Source of the DNA: Alphaproteobacteria bacterium | Lineage (GTDB): Bacteria; Pseudomonadota; Alphaproteobacteria; Rs-D84 | DNA: 64,000 nt | Assembly (NCBI GenBank): GCA_033345235.1 | Contig: JAWPOC010000014.1 | Span: 137,085 to 201,084, forward strand | Reading direction: 5' to 3' | In this document: positions 39,049-48,500 of the stretch, piece by piece | How positions within the stretch are numbered: the first letter of the stretch is position 1 | Layout: every line of letters starts with the position of its first letter | Program-made: the position numbers and the translations under genes | Notes under the pieces: generated by a model | The model's input: only the letters and a program-made list of their open reading frames with translations | Told to the model about the DNA's origin: nothing | Database searches by the model: none

Positions 39049-39510
39049 TTATTTCGCTATGCCGTATACGCACCATGACACTGGTGAGATTGCATTTTCG
39101 CGAATTATCATAAAGCCCGTTGTTGTTCGACTTGACACACTGGTATATAACTCGTTTGCACCAGTTCCTGAGCGTCCATTACCATTTGTTCGGAAAAATG
39201 TATAGTTTGTATCAGCCATTTCAACAGGAAATGTAACATTGTTAACAGATGCTATCCCCCCCATTTCAACCCAACCTGACTTATATTTACGATACCATGT
39301 ATAATTATTTTCTTCAGTTGGTAACTGAGTCTCTATCACATAATCGCCCATAATATCTGATGCGCGTGCCAATGCAATGCCACCAACTGTTTCACCATCG
39401 TGTACACGTAATGTTTTTGCATCTGTGTCCATGGTTATTTCACCAATTGCACCTGTAAAGTTTTCGTTTTCTAGTGTTGTACCACGACGAATTTGTATTT
39501 GTCTTGCCAT
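39049..39510 (-). CDS. Phage tail-fibre N-terminal-like (Mtd_N/DUF2793-like) protein, orphan
   Basis: MARQIQIRRGTTLENENFTGAIGEITMDTDAKTLRVHDGETVGG matches the conserved N-terminal motif of phage tail fibres/GTA-associated proteins. 153 aa. No other phage genes nearby. Confidence 0.5.
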   Translation of the reverse strand: MARQIQIRRGTTLENENFTGAIGEITMDTDAKTLRVHDGETVGGIALARASDIMGDYVIETQLPTEENNYTWYRKYKSGWVEMGGIASVNNVTFPVEMADTNYTFFRTNGNGRSGTGANELYTSVSSRTTTGFMIIRENAISPVSWCVYGIAK

Positions 39511-39627
39511 ATTAAATCCTTTGATTGTTTAAAAAGTTCGGAAAAAATATAAAAAAAAACACCCGCAAAACGCAGGTCTTTCATGTATCAAGTATAATAC
39601 CATAAAATGGGAAAAAAATCAAGACTT

Positions 39628-40329
39628 TTATTCCCGCCATACAACCGATGTGAACATAGTATTTATTTTCTGACGTAATTCGTCGTCATTAAAGAACTGA
39701 TCTCGCAGGGCAGGTGTGGTTTTATTTCCTTCATCTTCAAAGTGCGGAATATACTTTTGAATTGCGACGTTTTGTACGCCTTTGGACGCTAAAATGTTTG
39801 TAATTTGTGTTAAGTCATCTTTGGTAATAAATCTGGGGTCGCACGTAACACGTACTTCAAAATCTTTACCTGTGTCCAGCCAGATATCTAAACTGCGAAT
39901 CATATTGTTGTACGCAATATTTTGACCTGTTAAATCTGGATATTTTTCGCATGTTGCCTTGAAATCCAATCCAATCCAATCAACGAACTCGGATGCTTGT
40001 TTTAATATTTCTGGGTAAAAACCATTTGTATGCAGACCTATTTTAAAACCCAAATCCCGCACACGTTTCATATAATCAATGGCAGTATTTCCTTGCATCA
40101 ACGCTTCGCCACCAGAAAAGACAACAGCTTCCAGTTTGCCGACGCGATTACGCAGCCATTCAATCATTTTTTCGGGGTCATATTCCCCATCACCGACACA
40201 TAATAAATGGGGATTGGAACAATATGCGCACCGCAATGGACAACCAACCAAGAACAAAACCGCAGCCAGTTTCCCAGGATAATCAATTGTGGTGAACGGT
40301 ACCAATCCCCCGATTTGAACTTCACGCAT
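39628..40329 (-). CDS. nrdG: Anaerobic ribonucleotide reductase activating protein (radical SAM)
   Basis: ..LFLVGCPLRCAYCSNP.. CxxxCxxC radical-SAM motif. Lies directly downstream of nrdD. Confidence 0.8.
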   Translation of the reverse strand: MREVQIGGLVPFTTIDYPGKLAAVLFLVGCPLRCAYCSNPHLLCVGDGEYDPEKMIEWLRNRVGKLEAVVFSGGEALMQGNTAIDYMKRVRDLGFKIGLHTNGFYPEILKQASEFVDWIGLDFKATCEKYPDLTGQNIAYNNMIRSLDIWLDTGKDFEVRVTCDPRFITKDDLTQITNILASKGVQNVAIQKYIPHFEDEGNKTTPALRDQFFNDDELRQKINTMFTSVVWRE

Positions 40330-40333
40330 TTTA

Positions 40334-40516
40334 TTATGCTGCTTTCTTTAACAAATCAGAATGTCTTTGACCTGCACTAAGGCTGTTTGCTTCTGTAAAA
40401 GTTTTACGTTCACAGAATTCAGAATATTTACCTGTGTTGAAAAATGATACAGGTCTGATAAATCCCATACTGCGTGAGAAAATTTCGCATGGTGTTCTGT
40501 GTGCATTGTTTGTCAT
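40334..40516 (-). CDS. Stand-alone glycyl-radical domain protein homologous to the NrdD C-terminus
   Basis: ..SRSMGFIRPVSFFNTGKYSEFCERKTF.. parallels the NrdD glycyl loop (R..G[YF]...FN.GK..E...R). Own SD aaagggga 8 nt before the ATG. Separated from nrdD by three in-frame stops. Confidence 0.5.
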   Translation of the reverse strand: MTNNAHRTPCEIFSRSMGFIRPVSFFNTGKYSEFCERKTFTEANSLSAGQRHSDLLKKAA

Positions 40517-40564
40517 TTTTATTCTCCCCTTTCGTTTTTTCTGATTTGTGTTTTACTTTTTTTA

Positions 40565-42598
40565 TTATTCTTTTATGTCCTGATTTGCGGCATTTTCTGC
40601 ATCGCATTTTGGACAGAATTCAAATTTACCCGCCAAGTATCCATGTTTTGGACAGATTGAAAACGTTGGTGTCAATGTCATATATGGCACTTTATAGTTT
40701 TCAAATATTGTACGGACAATCTTTTGTGCGGCATCGCCACTGGATACAGGTTCGCCCATATACAGATGTAACATTGTGCCGCCTGTATATTTACGTTGTA
40801 ATTCTTCTTGGTGTTCCAACGCAACAAACGGATCGTCTGTAAAGCTTACCGGTAACTGTGTAGAGTTTGTATAATATGGCGCGTCTTTGGTTCCAGCAGT
40901 TATAATATCTGGGAAATTCTTGACGTCTGTTTTTGCAAAACGATAAGAACATCCTTCGGCTGGGGTTGCTTCCAAATTATACAGATTGCCAGTTTGTTCT
41001 TGGAATGTTGCCAGATTTTCACGAATGAAATCCATAACATCCAACACTAACTTTTTACCCATTGGTGTCGCGATGTTTTCGCGGTCACCAGTGAAATTGC
41101 GTACCATTTCATTTGCGCCATTTACACCGATTGTGGAAAAGTGATGATTCCAATCGCCCAAATAACGCTTTGTAAATGGATATAGGCCATTTTCCATATT
41201 CTTGGAAATAATCTTGCGTTTGATTTCCAGTGCATCACGTCCCAAATCCAGCAAACGTTTCAATTCGCGGAACAGGCCTTCGCGATTGCCGCGATGTATA
41301 TAACCCAATCTGGCTAAATTGATTGTGATAACACCAATTGAACCTGTCTTTTCTGCAGAGCCAAACAAACCGCCACCGCGCTTTAACAATTCACGTACAT
41401 CCAGACGTAATCTGCAGCACATTGAACGAACGTCAGTTGGGTTCAAGTCCGAATTCAAAAAGTTCTGGAAATTTGGAATTCCGTACTTTGCAGCCAATTC
41501 AAACAATGGTTTTACGTTCGGATGTTCCCATGGGAAATCTGGTGTAATATTATATGTTGGGATTGGGAATGTAAATGGACGACCCAATGCATCACCTTCG
41601 GTCATAACTTCCAAGAAGGCTTTGTTTATCATATCCATTTCATTTTGCAAGTCGCCATATGTGAAATCAACCTGTTGTTTGCCGACAAATGGACGCTGTG
41701 GCTTTAAATCTTCGGGGCATGTCCAGTCAAATGTGAAATTGATAAATGGTGTCTGTGTTCCCCAACGACATGGCACAGCGCAATTAAATACCAATGTTTG
41801 CATTGCGTTTTTCACATCTGCATATGACAAGCCATCCATTCTGACATATGGTGCCAGATATGTGTCCACAGACGAGAATGCCTGTGCGCCTGCAAATTCA
41901 TTTTGCAGCGTACCCAAGAAATTCACCATATGTGAAATTGCAGTCGCCATATGTTTTGCAGGTTTGCACTGTAAATACCCAGGTACACCATTAAATCCTT
42001 CGTACAACAGTTCACGCAGTGACCAACCGGCACAATAACCAGTCAGCCACCCCAAATCATGAATATGGATTGCAGCAGTTTTGTGTGCTTCTGCCACTGC
42101 ACGTGGGTACAGATTCAACCAATATTCTGTGGTAACGCGTTCACTGGTACGCAATATCAGACCACCGATGGAATATCCGATATTTGCATTTTCTTTGATA
42201 CGCCAGTTTGAACCACCGACGTATCCTTCGATGATTTCAACCGCATCAACCATAGAGTCGCGAATTTCAGTGCGTTTTTGGCGATATATAATGTATGCTT
42301 GTGCTGTTTTATATGCACCAGAATCCATCAGCGCACAAACGACAATATCTTGTACGTCTTCGACAGTTGGTGTTTTTTCTGCGAATTTGTCATCTAATCT
42401 TTTTAATACATCTTGCGTAATTTTGACAATTTCAACATCAGAAATTTCCGTTGTAACGGCAACTGCTTTCTTTACAGCCTCAAAAATTTTCTTTGAATCG
42501 AATGGTACTGTTTCACCGCTGCGCTTTTGTACAGCGACCAAACGAGTCTTTAATGTTGGCGTAATTTGAATTTGTATTTCGTTTTGTGTTTCTGACAT
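40565..42598 (-). CDS. nrdD: Anaerobic ribonucleoside-triphosphate reductase large protein (ATP-cone, catalytic barrel, Zn ribbon), lacking the glycyl-radical segment
   Basis: ATP-cone at the N-terminus and a C-terminal CPKH..x10..CPKC Zn ribbon, with no RxxGY motif after it. Start set at MSETQNE (42598), since the ORF-track start at 42697 would cover the NrdR boxes. Confidence 0.85.
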   Translation of the reverse strand: MSETQNEIQIQITPTLKTRLVAVQKRSGETVPFDSKKIFEAVKKAVAVTTEISDVEIVKITQDVLKRLDDKFAEKTPTVEDVQDIVVCALMDSGAYKTAQAYIIYRQKRTEIRDSMVDAVEIIEGYVGGSNWRIKENANIGYSIGGLILRTSERVTTEYWLNLYPRAVAEAHKTAAIHIHDLGWLTGYCAGWSLRELLYEGFNGVPGYLQCKPAKHMATAISHMVNFLGTLQNEFAGAQAFSSVDTYLAPYVRMDGLSYADVKNAMQTLVFNCAVPCRWGTQTPFINFTFDWTCPEDLKPQRPFVGKQQVDFTYGDLQNEMDMINKAFLEVMTEGDALGRPFTFPIPTYNITPDFPWEHPNVKPLFELAAKYGIPNFQNFLNSDLNPTDVRSMCCRLRLDVRELLKRGGGLFGSAEKTGSIGVITINLARLGYIHRGNREGLFRELKRLLDLGRDALEIKRKIISKNMENGLYPFTKRYLGDWNHHFSTIGVNGANEMVRNFTGDRENIATPMGKKLVLDVMDFIRENLATFQEQTGNLYNLEATPAEGCSYRFAKTDVKNFPDIITAGTKDAPYYTNSTQLPVSFTDDPFVALEHQEELQRKYTGGTMLHLYMGEPVSSGDAAQKIVRTIFENYKVPYMTLTPTFSICPKHGYLAGKFEFCPKCDAENAANQDIKE

Positions 42599-42624
42599 AC
42601 CTGTAACCCCTATTTTTTGCGAAA

Positions 42625-42673
42625 ACACAACATATAGTATTTGTTTTGTTTGTTTAGTAACAATATATAGTGT
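42625..42673 (-). promoter_or_regulatory. Tandem NrdR-box-like palindromes (pair A) 27-75 nt upstream of nrdD
   Basis: acacaacatatagtat (42625-42640) and taacaatatatagtgt (42658-42673) fit acaCwAtATaTwGtgt, 32-33 nt apart. Confidence 0.55.
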
Positions 42674-42855
42674 AAAACTTTTGGCCGCAATTAACAAAAA
42701 GGCAAAAAAATGTGTTTTTTTACTTTACTTTTTAAAATGCGGATTTTCTGCCTAGTACAGCGTGTAAACAGAATCGGTCATTTGATACCAAGATATGTTT
42801 TGTGTCAATAAAAACGCCCTTTTTATACGATTTATGATTCGTTTTTTATAAAATA

Positions 42856-42903
42856 ACACAATATATAGTATCTAAAAGTGCGAAATAAAACTATATTTTG
42901 TAT
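42856..42903. promoter_or_regulatory. Second pair of NrdR-box-like palindromes (pair B) in the nrdD/acyl-CoA-synthetase divergent region
   Basis: acacaatatatagtat (42856-42871) and aaactatattttgtat (42888-42903), 32 nt apart. Confidence 0.4.
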
Positions 42904-43020
42904 TTTTTCGATTCGGGGGCGATGTATAAATAGGTTGTTTTTCTTACTAAAAACAGGTATATTGTACTCATCTGTATCATGGTGGTATGGATATAATTTA
43001 ACTTAAACAAGAGCATTATT

Positions 43021-44610
43021 ATGATTGTTAAGAATATCTATGAAATGCTGCAAGAGGTTTGTTCGCGGAATAAAGACAGTATTTTCTTTGTCAGACAGAA
43101 CGAAACATATGCAGATTTGTTAAAAAAAGTAAAACAACGTGCTGTACTGTTGGCAAAGCGTTTTGGAATCAAAAAAGGTGATACTGTTGCCATTTTATCT
43201 GGTAATACACCTGACTTTTTGCGTTCTTATTTCGCGATTACGTCCCAAGGTGCCAAGGTTTTAATGTTGGATACTGGACTGCAGCCATCTGAACACATCA
43301 ATATGATGAAACGTACGAATTGCAAATTAACGTTGGCGCAAAAGCACTATTTTATCGAAGGTGCGCCATCTGAAATGTTTGATATTGAAAATATAGACGA
43401 TACAGATGATAAAGATTTTGTCGCGGCAGATGTTGTAAACACTGATGTCGCCCAGTTGTCATTTACATCCGGATCAACAGGCAATCCAAAAGTAGTTGGG
43501 TTGACACACAATAATTTGTTGGCCTTGGCGGATGGCGCCCAGTTCTATAAAGATGTGATTTTACCTGGGTATACTTTTTATGGTTTTTTACCGCTGTATC
43601 ATATATATGGCGTGGTGATAAACATCATTGTACCAATCGCGTTGCAGGGAAAGTTATTGCTGCAACCGGTTTTAAAGCCCCAAGAATTTATCAAAGACTT
43701 TAAACAATATAAACCCGAAGTTATTCCAGCCGTCCCCAGAATATGGGAAGTTTTCTATAAGAAAATCGTTGATACGGCGCGTGACAAGCATGTTTGGACA
43801 CTGATGCGTATTGTTGTATCTATGCGCAAGATTTTGCGTGCGATTGGTTTGGGCTTTATTGTGGACAAGGTTACCAAGCCTGTGCATGATGCGTTTGGTG
43901 GTAATACAAAAGTATTAGTATCTGCTGGGGCAACTTTAAAGGCATCTATACGTAAATTCTATGAAAAAATGGGGTTTGTTGTTGGCGATTGCTATGGTTT
44001 GACAGAAACCACAGGGCCTGCGAACTTTAATTTCGCATTCCGTCGTGCGAATGGTTCGATGTATTATGCGGGGCCGTTGTTGGGCAATGAAATCAAAATA
44101 CATAATCCGGACAAGAATGGTGTTGGTGAAATATGGGTACGCGGGAATATGGTTATGACAGGCTATATTGATAACGACGCCGCTAATGCCGAAGCTTTTG
44201 AAGATGGGTGGTTTAAAACAGGCGATATCGGTTGTCTGGATAAAGTAGGGCGCCTGACAGTAAAAGGTCGTCAAAAACAGGTTATCGTTTTGGACAGTGG
44301 TAAAAATGTATATCCAGATGAATTGGAAGACCTGTATATGCAAAACGATGAAATTCTAAATGCTGCTGTGTTTGAATATGTCATTAATGACAAAATTGTG
44401 CCTTTTGCGGTATTTCAAGTAAAACCAGGTACAACCACAGCCCGTATTGCGCTATTGCTTAAAAAATCTAATTTGGCGATTGCGCAGTATAAATGGGTAA
44501 AGCACTTTGCAATTACCGAGGACGAATTGCCATCAACATCCGCCAAGAAAGTAAAGCATTTTGCGGTTCGTGATATGCTGGATAATGGCGCATTTGTACG
44601 TGGTGAATAG
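43021..44610 (+). CDS. AMP-dependent acyl-CoA synthetase/ligase (long-chain fatty-acid CoA ligase-like)
   Basis: AMP-binding motif ..FTSGSTGNPKVVGLTH.. and C-terminal ..WFKTGDIG..GR.. motifs. Confidence 0.8.
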   Translation: MIVKNIYEMLQEVCSRNKDSIFFVRQNETYADLLKKVKQRAVLLAKRFGIKKGDTVAILSGNTPDFLRSYFAITSQGAKVLMLDTGLQPSEHINMMKRTNCKLTLAQKHYFIEGAPSEMFDIENIDDTDDKDFVAADVVNTDVAQLSFTSGSTGNPKVVGLTHNNLLALADGAQFYKDVILPGYTFYGFLPLYHIYGVVINIIVPIALQGKLLLQPVLKPQEFIKDFKQYKPEVIPAVPRIWEVFYKKIVDTARDKHVWTLMRIVVSMRKILRAIGLGFIVDKVTKPVHDAFGGNTKVLVSAGATLKASIRKFYEKMGFVVGDCYGLTETTGPANFNFAFRRANGSMYYAGPLLGNEIKIHNPDKNGVGEIWVRGNMVMTGYIDNDAANAEAFEDGWFKTGDIGCLDKVGRLTVKGRQKQVIVLDSGKNVYPDELEDLYMQNDEILNAAVFEYVINDKIVPFAVFQVKPGTTTARIALLLKKSNLAIAQYKWVKHFAITEDELPSTSAKKVKHFAVRDMLDNGAFVRGE

Positions 44611-44748
44611 GTGTTTTAGTGTATTGAATCTAGGTAATTATTCTTAAAACAAGTGGGGTTTATACCCCACTTATTTTCCTATAAAAAACATTTGACAAAA
44701 GGAAAATGTGTGCTAAATTATGACAGTTAATAACAAAAGGATAATAAA

Positions 44749-44919
44749 ATGTATACAAAGGCATTAACTCAAAGCGAAATAGATATGCAAGTTGCAGACT
44801 TGTATACTCAGGTTTCTTTGGCCAAGATGGAATTCGAATCTAATAAACCACATAACACGATATCTATTTTGGAAAATCAAATCAGTCATCTGTTATCGCT
44901 AAAAGAAAACGTAAGATAA
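44749..44919 (+). CDS. Small coiled-coil protein (56 aa, YdcH/DUF465-like), not in the ORF track
   Basis: ATG at 44749 with SD aaaagga. MYTKALTQSEIDMQVADLYTQVSLAKMEFESNKPHNTISILENQISHLLSLKENVR. Promoter-like TTGACA-16-TAAATT upstream. Confidence 0.35.
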   Translation: MYTKALTQSEIDMQVADLYTQVSLAKMEFESNKPHNTISILENQISHLLSLKENVR

Positions 44920-44945
44920 AAAAAGCGTCCAATTGGACGTCTTTT

Positions 44946-46190
44946 TTATTTACATATTGCAACGTATGGTGATACTGATTTTTCTGTATCGACTATCCCC
45001 ATACCGCAATCCATACAGTTAAAACGTCTATTTTGGCTGTATGTAGAATTTAATGGTATTTCTATTCCTTCAAAATCTTTGATTGCATCGATATAGCCGC
45101 TGTTTGGGAATCCAAAATACAATGCGCGATTAACGCCGGAACATTCTGATAACTCACCAGCATAACATTCTGGCGAATCTAGCTTTGCGGGATCTGGTAC
45201 GCAAATAGCCACACAAGTGTCGGGATCTGTTATCATTCGCTCGCATTCTGTACAGGTTGATTGTGGAATGCGCAATGTTGAACCAACAGATGTATATGTA
45301 CTGCCTTGGATTACATACTGACATTTTTTAGTATTGTTTTTCTCTGTGGTTGGATCAATAATGCATTCCCATTCCAGTGTGTTATAATTTAATCTGGCGG
45401 TCATATTGTTGGGACAAGTCTTGTCTGCAAATGGGCTGATACATTCCCAAACGTCATCGATTAATATCGCATTTTGATTGCCGCTGCACAGTGGTTTTCT
45501 GGAATTGTCAGGCACACATTGGTATGTTGCTGAATCCCAGATTGTATCGCCTGTGCAATCTGACTTTGCGTTATATGGAACGCATTGCCAACGTCCAAAT
45601 CGATATGTTTTGGTCGTTCCCACAGGACACCATATATCTTCTGTTACGAAATCTGTATTTGATGTAACCAGTCTGGGGCGTTCAAAATGCGTCAGATATA
45701 CCAACTGATTATCAGATAATTGCATTTGTGACACCAGTGCAGATGGTACCACAGGTTTGGTCGCAGTTCCGCCGGATATAATCTTGTTATCATTAAACAG
45801 TCCAAACGTACCCGCGTCCGCGTAATGTTCTTCTAAGATTTCCATCATAGCGTTATGATTTTCCGCATCAATCGGTGCGGTCGCGGTTACTATGTAACTG
45901 TATGCGGGTTTTCTTCTGCCGTCACCGTCACAGCCGGTTGGACGCAGATTGGCGTTCAGGCAGATGAATTCACTGCGAATACCATTTTGTTCTATACAAA
46001 CATCTTGGAATTCTGTGCCGTTTATTTGTGCGTTATGTAACGCAGCTGCACACTGTGCCACAGCGCGTAAATCCGATCTTTCAATTGCGTATTGGGTATC
46101 ATATTTTTCAATGCGCTGGCTGGGGGTGTCCATCAGATAGTACGCGCCCATAAACAGTGCAACTAAAATCATGATAAAAATATTCATCAT
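44946..46190 (-). CDS. Membrane-anchored or secreted Cys-rich protein, unknown family
   Basis: N-terminal hydrophobic segment ..IFIMILVALFMGAYYL.., >25 Cys, recurring W.C[VI]P motifs. Confidence 0.5.
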   Translation of the reverse strand: MMNIFIMILVALFMGAYYLMDTPSQRIEKYDTQYAIERSDLRAVAQCAAALHNAQINGTEFQDVCIEQNGIRSEFICLNANLRPTGCDGDGRRKPAYSYIVTATAPIDAENHNAMMEILEEHYADAGTFGLFNDNKIISGGTATKPVVPSALVSQMQLSDNQLVYLTHFERPRLVTSNTDFVTEDIWCPVGTTKTYRFGRWQCVPYNAKSDCTGDTIWDSATYQCVPDNSRKPLCSGNQNAILIDDVWECISPFADKTCPNNMTARLNYNTLEWECIIDPTTEKNNTKKCQYVIQGSTYTSVGSTLRIPQSTCTECERMITDPDTCVAICVPDPAKLDSPECYAGELSECSGVNRALYFGFPNSGYIDAIKDFEGIEIPLNSTYSQNRRFNCMDCGMGIVDTEKSVSPYVAICK

Positions 46191-46259
46191 TCCCTCTTGC
46201 GATTTATTAAAAGTCTAGGTAATATAGAAATAAATTGCAACAGGAAATCTGGAATAAAT

Positions 46260-46739
46260 ATGAAAAAAGTTTTGTATATCTTATTGGTAATGTTATTAAG
46301 TGCATGCGGATTCAAGCCTATATATTCTGGTGATACAACAGATATTTACGTTGAACCAATCAGTGGTATTAATGGTATCGATTTGCGTAACGCGTTACGT
46401 TCAAAATTTGGTGGTCAACATACTGCAGACGCAAAATATATTTTGACGGTATCGCTGGATGAGCCGTTGACTCAATACAAGGCGTTAGAACAAACAGGTG
46501 ATGCCACATGGCAAGAGATTTCTTTGGTGGCGCGATATTCATTGAAATCTGATGGTATACAAATTGCCAGTGGTACGGAACGTGTGGCAGAATCTTATAC
46601 ATTTGTGTCTTATTTGGTTGCATCAAATGCCGCGTATAATAATGCTGTACAAAATGCTATTCGTGTTTTGGCCGAAGAAATAGGAACACGTGCAATCGCA
46701 GAAACATATAAACACCAAAAACAAAGCGCAGTTAAATAA
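46260..46739 (+). CDS. lptE: LPS-assembly lipoprotein LptE
   Basis: Lipobox LLSAC|GF, ~160 aa. Position immediately upstream of holA with a stop/start overlap is the conserved lptE-holA arrangement. Confidence 0.6.
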   Translation: MKKVLYILLVMLLSACGFKPIYSGDTTDIYVEPISGINGIDLRNALRSKFGGQHTADAKYILTVSLDEPLTQYKALEQTGDATWQEISLVARYSLKSDGIQIASGTERVAESYTFVSYLVASNAAYNNAVQNAIRVLAEEIGTRAIAETYKHQKQSAVK

Positions 46740-47728
46740 TGAAATGGAAAGATGCTGATTTTAAAAATGGCATTGAAACAATTCGTGCAGTCTTGATTTA
46801 TGGCCCTGATGCGGGTCAGGTTGATGAATACTGTGATTTGGCAATAAAAAAATTAGAGATTGAAAAAGATAATCTGTTCGCCTTGGATTCTGACGATTTG
46901 CGCGAAAAGCAAGACGCCTTGTTCGCCGAAGCGTGCAGTCCATCGATGTTTGGTGGACGTAAAATGGTTTTAATTTCCAATGCAGGTGACGCATGTGCAA
47001 AACAGATTTCAGAACTGGTATCACATTCTGGTTTGTGCGCAACAGTTATTGTTGCTGCAGGTGATTTAAAATCAGGTGGCGGATTACGTTCTTTGTTCGA
47101 AGATGCGGATAATATGGCTGCACTGGCGTGTTATACAGATGATGCACGTACATTGGCAACTTTGATTAGAAATGAATTATCTGTGTCTGCTGGGATTCAG
47201 CAAATTACACCTGATGCGATGATGTATATGACATCTCACTTGGGTGGCGACAGGGGAATTACACGTGGCTTCTTGGCAAAAATAGCATTGTATGTCGATG
47301 ACAAGCGTATTGTTGAATTGTCTGATGTTGAAAAATGTTTGCCGGATACTAGTGCGGCTGATATGGATGACTTTTTGTATTCTTTGACCGCGGGGCATAT
47401 CAGTCAAACGATGACGGCTTTGGACAGATTATTATATGATAACAAAGATCCAAATATGTTGATTCGTATGTTGGACGGGCATTTCAAAAAATTACAAACT
47501 GCGGTTGTTGATGGACAATTGCCGCGCTTGTTCTGGAAGGTAGAAGATAAATTTAAACAGGCAATGAAAATATGGCCAGAATCAGAAATTACTGCTGTCT
47601 TGGTGCGCTTGAATGAATTAGAGCGTCAGTTGCGCACAACAGGTATGCCGATTGAAATATTATTACGCGATTTTGCGTTAAAGTTATCGGTTCGTGCAGC
47701 AAAATTCGCAATCAGACGGAGGAATTAA
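46739..47728 (+). CDS. holA: DNA polymerase III delta subunit
   Basis: ~330 aa. ..LIYGPDAGQVDEY.. N-terminal region and conserved synteny after lptE. Confidence 0.65.
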   Translation: MKWKDADFKNGIETIRAVLIYGPDAGQVDEYCDLAIKKLEIEKDNLFALDSDDLREKQDALFAEACSPSMFGGRKMVLISNAGDACAKQISELVSHSGLCATVIVAAGDLKSGGGLRSLFEDADNMAALACYTDDARTLATLIRNELSVSAGIQQITPDAMMYMTSHLGGDRGITRGFLAKIALYVDDKRIVELSDVEKCLPDTSAADMDDFLYSLTAGHISQTMTALDRLLYDNKDPNMLIRMLDGHFKKLQTAVVDGQLPRLFWKVEDKFKQAMKIWPESEITAVLVRLNELERQLRTTGMPIEILLRDFALKLSVRAAKFAIRRRN

Positions 47729-47730
47729 AT

Positions 47731-48492
47731 ATGTTAGCATCTGTTTATGCACCAAAAGATTTTAAAAGATTACGCGCTGCGGGCGATATTGTTGCCAGAT
47801 GTTTTGATTTTATATCGCCTTATATCAAGGCTGGAATTTCAACAGGTGAAATCGACAGAATGGTCGCACAGTTTCTAAAAGAAAATGGTGCGCGGTCATC
47901 TGATTTGGGGTACCAAGGTTACCCCAAGAATATCTGTACATCTGTAAATGATGTTATTGTTCATGGTATCCCCAGCGATGATGTTATATTAAAAGATGGT
48001 GATATCGTTAATGTAGATTTGACCGCAGAATACAAAGGTTTTCATGGTGACGCATCACGTATGTTTATGATTGGAAATGTGTCATCTCAGGCACGTAAGT
48101 TGGTAAATGTATGCCAAGACGCATTAAATGCGGCAATATCTATATGTGCGCCTGGTGTACCATTGTCAGAGATTGGTAAAACCATAGAATCTGTTGTCAC
48201 ACCACATGGTTTTTCGATATCGCGTGATTTTGTTGGACATGGTATTGGTAAAGTTATGCACGATGACCCACAGATATATCACTTTTATGATAAACGTTGG
48301 GACAAGGTTAAAATGGTGCCAGGTTTGGTATTTACGATTGAACCAATGATAAATACAGGATCGCCAGAATGTAAGATTGATGCAGATGGTTGGACTGCGC
48401 GTACTGTTGACGGTGGTCTGTCTGCGCAATGGGAACATACAATTGGCATCACAGAAGATGGTGCAATCATCTTTACAGAAAAAATGGTCTAG
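47731..48492 (+). CDS. map: Methionine aminopeptidase type I
   Basis: ..VHGIPSD..LKDGDIVNVDL..FHGD.. metal-binding motifs. Confidence 0.9.
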   Translation: MLASVYAPKDFKRLRAAGDIVARCFDFISPYIKAGISTGEIDRMVAQFLKENGARSSDLGYQGYPKNICTSVNDVIVHGIPSDDVILKDGDIVNVDLTAEYKGFHGDASRMFMIGNVSSQARKLVNVCQDALNAAISICAPGVPLSEIGKTIESVVTPHGFSISRDFVGHGIGKVMHDDPQIYHFYDKRWDKVKMVPGLVFTIEPMINTGSPECKIDADGWTARTVDGGLSAQWEHTIGITEDGAIIFTEKMV

Positions 48493-48500
48493 GGTATCTT

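Noticed and set aside
39049-39510. Intact prophage around the tail-fibre-like gene
   Set aside because: No integrase, terminase, capsid, portal or other tail genes on either side. The flanks are glf and nrdG.
42598-42697. N-terminal 33-aa extension of nrdD in the ORF track
   Set aside because: The extension would translate through the NrdR-box operators. MSETQNE at 42598 begins the ATP-cone and is the plausible start.
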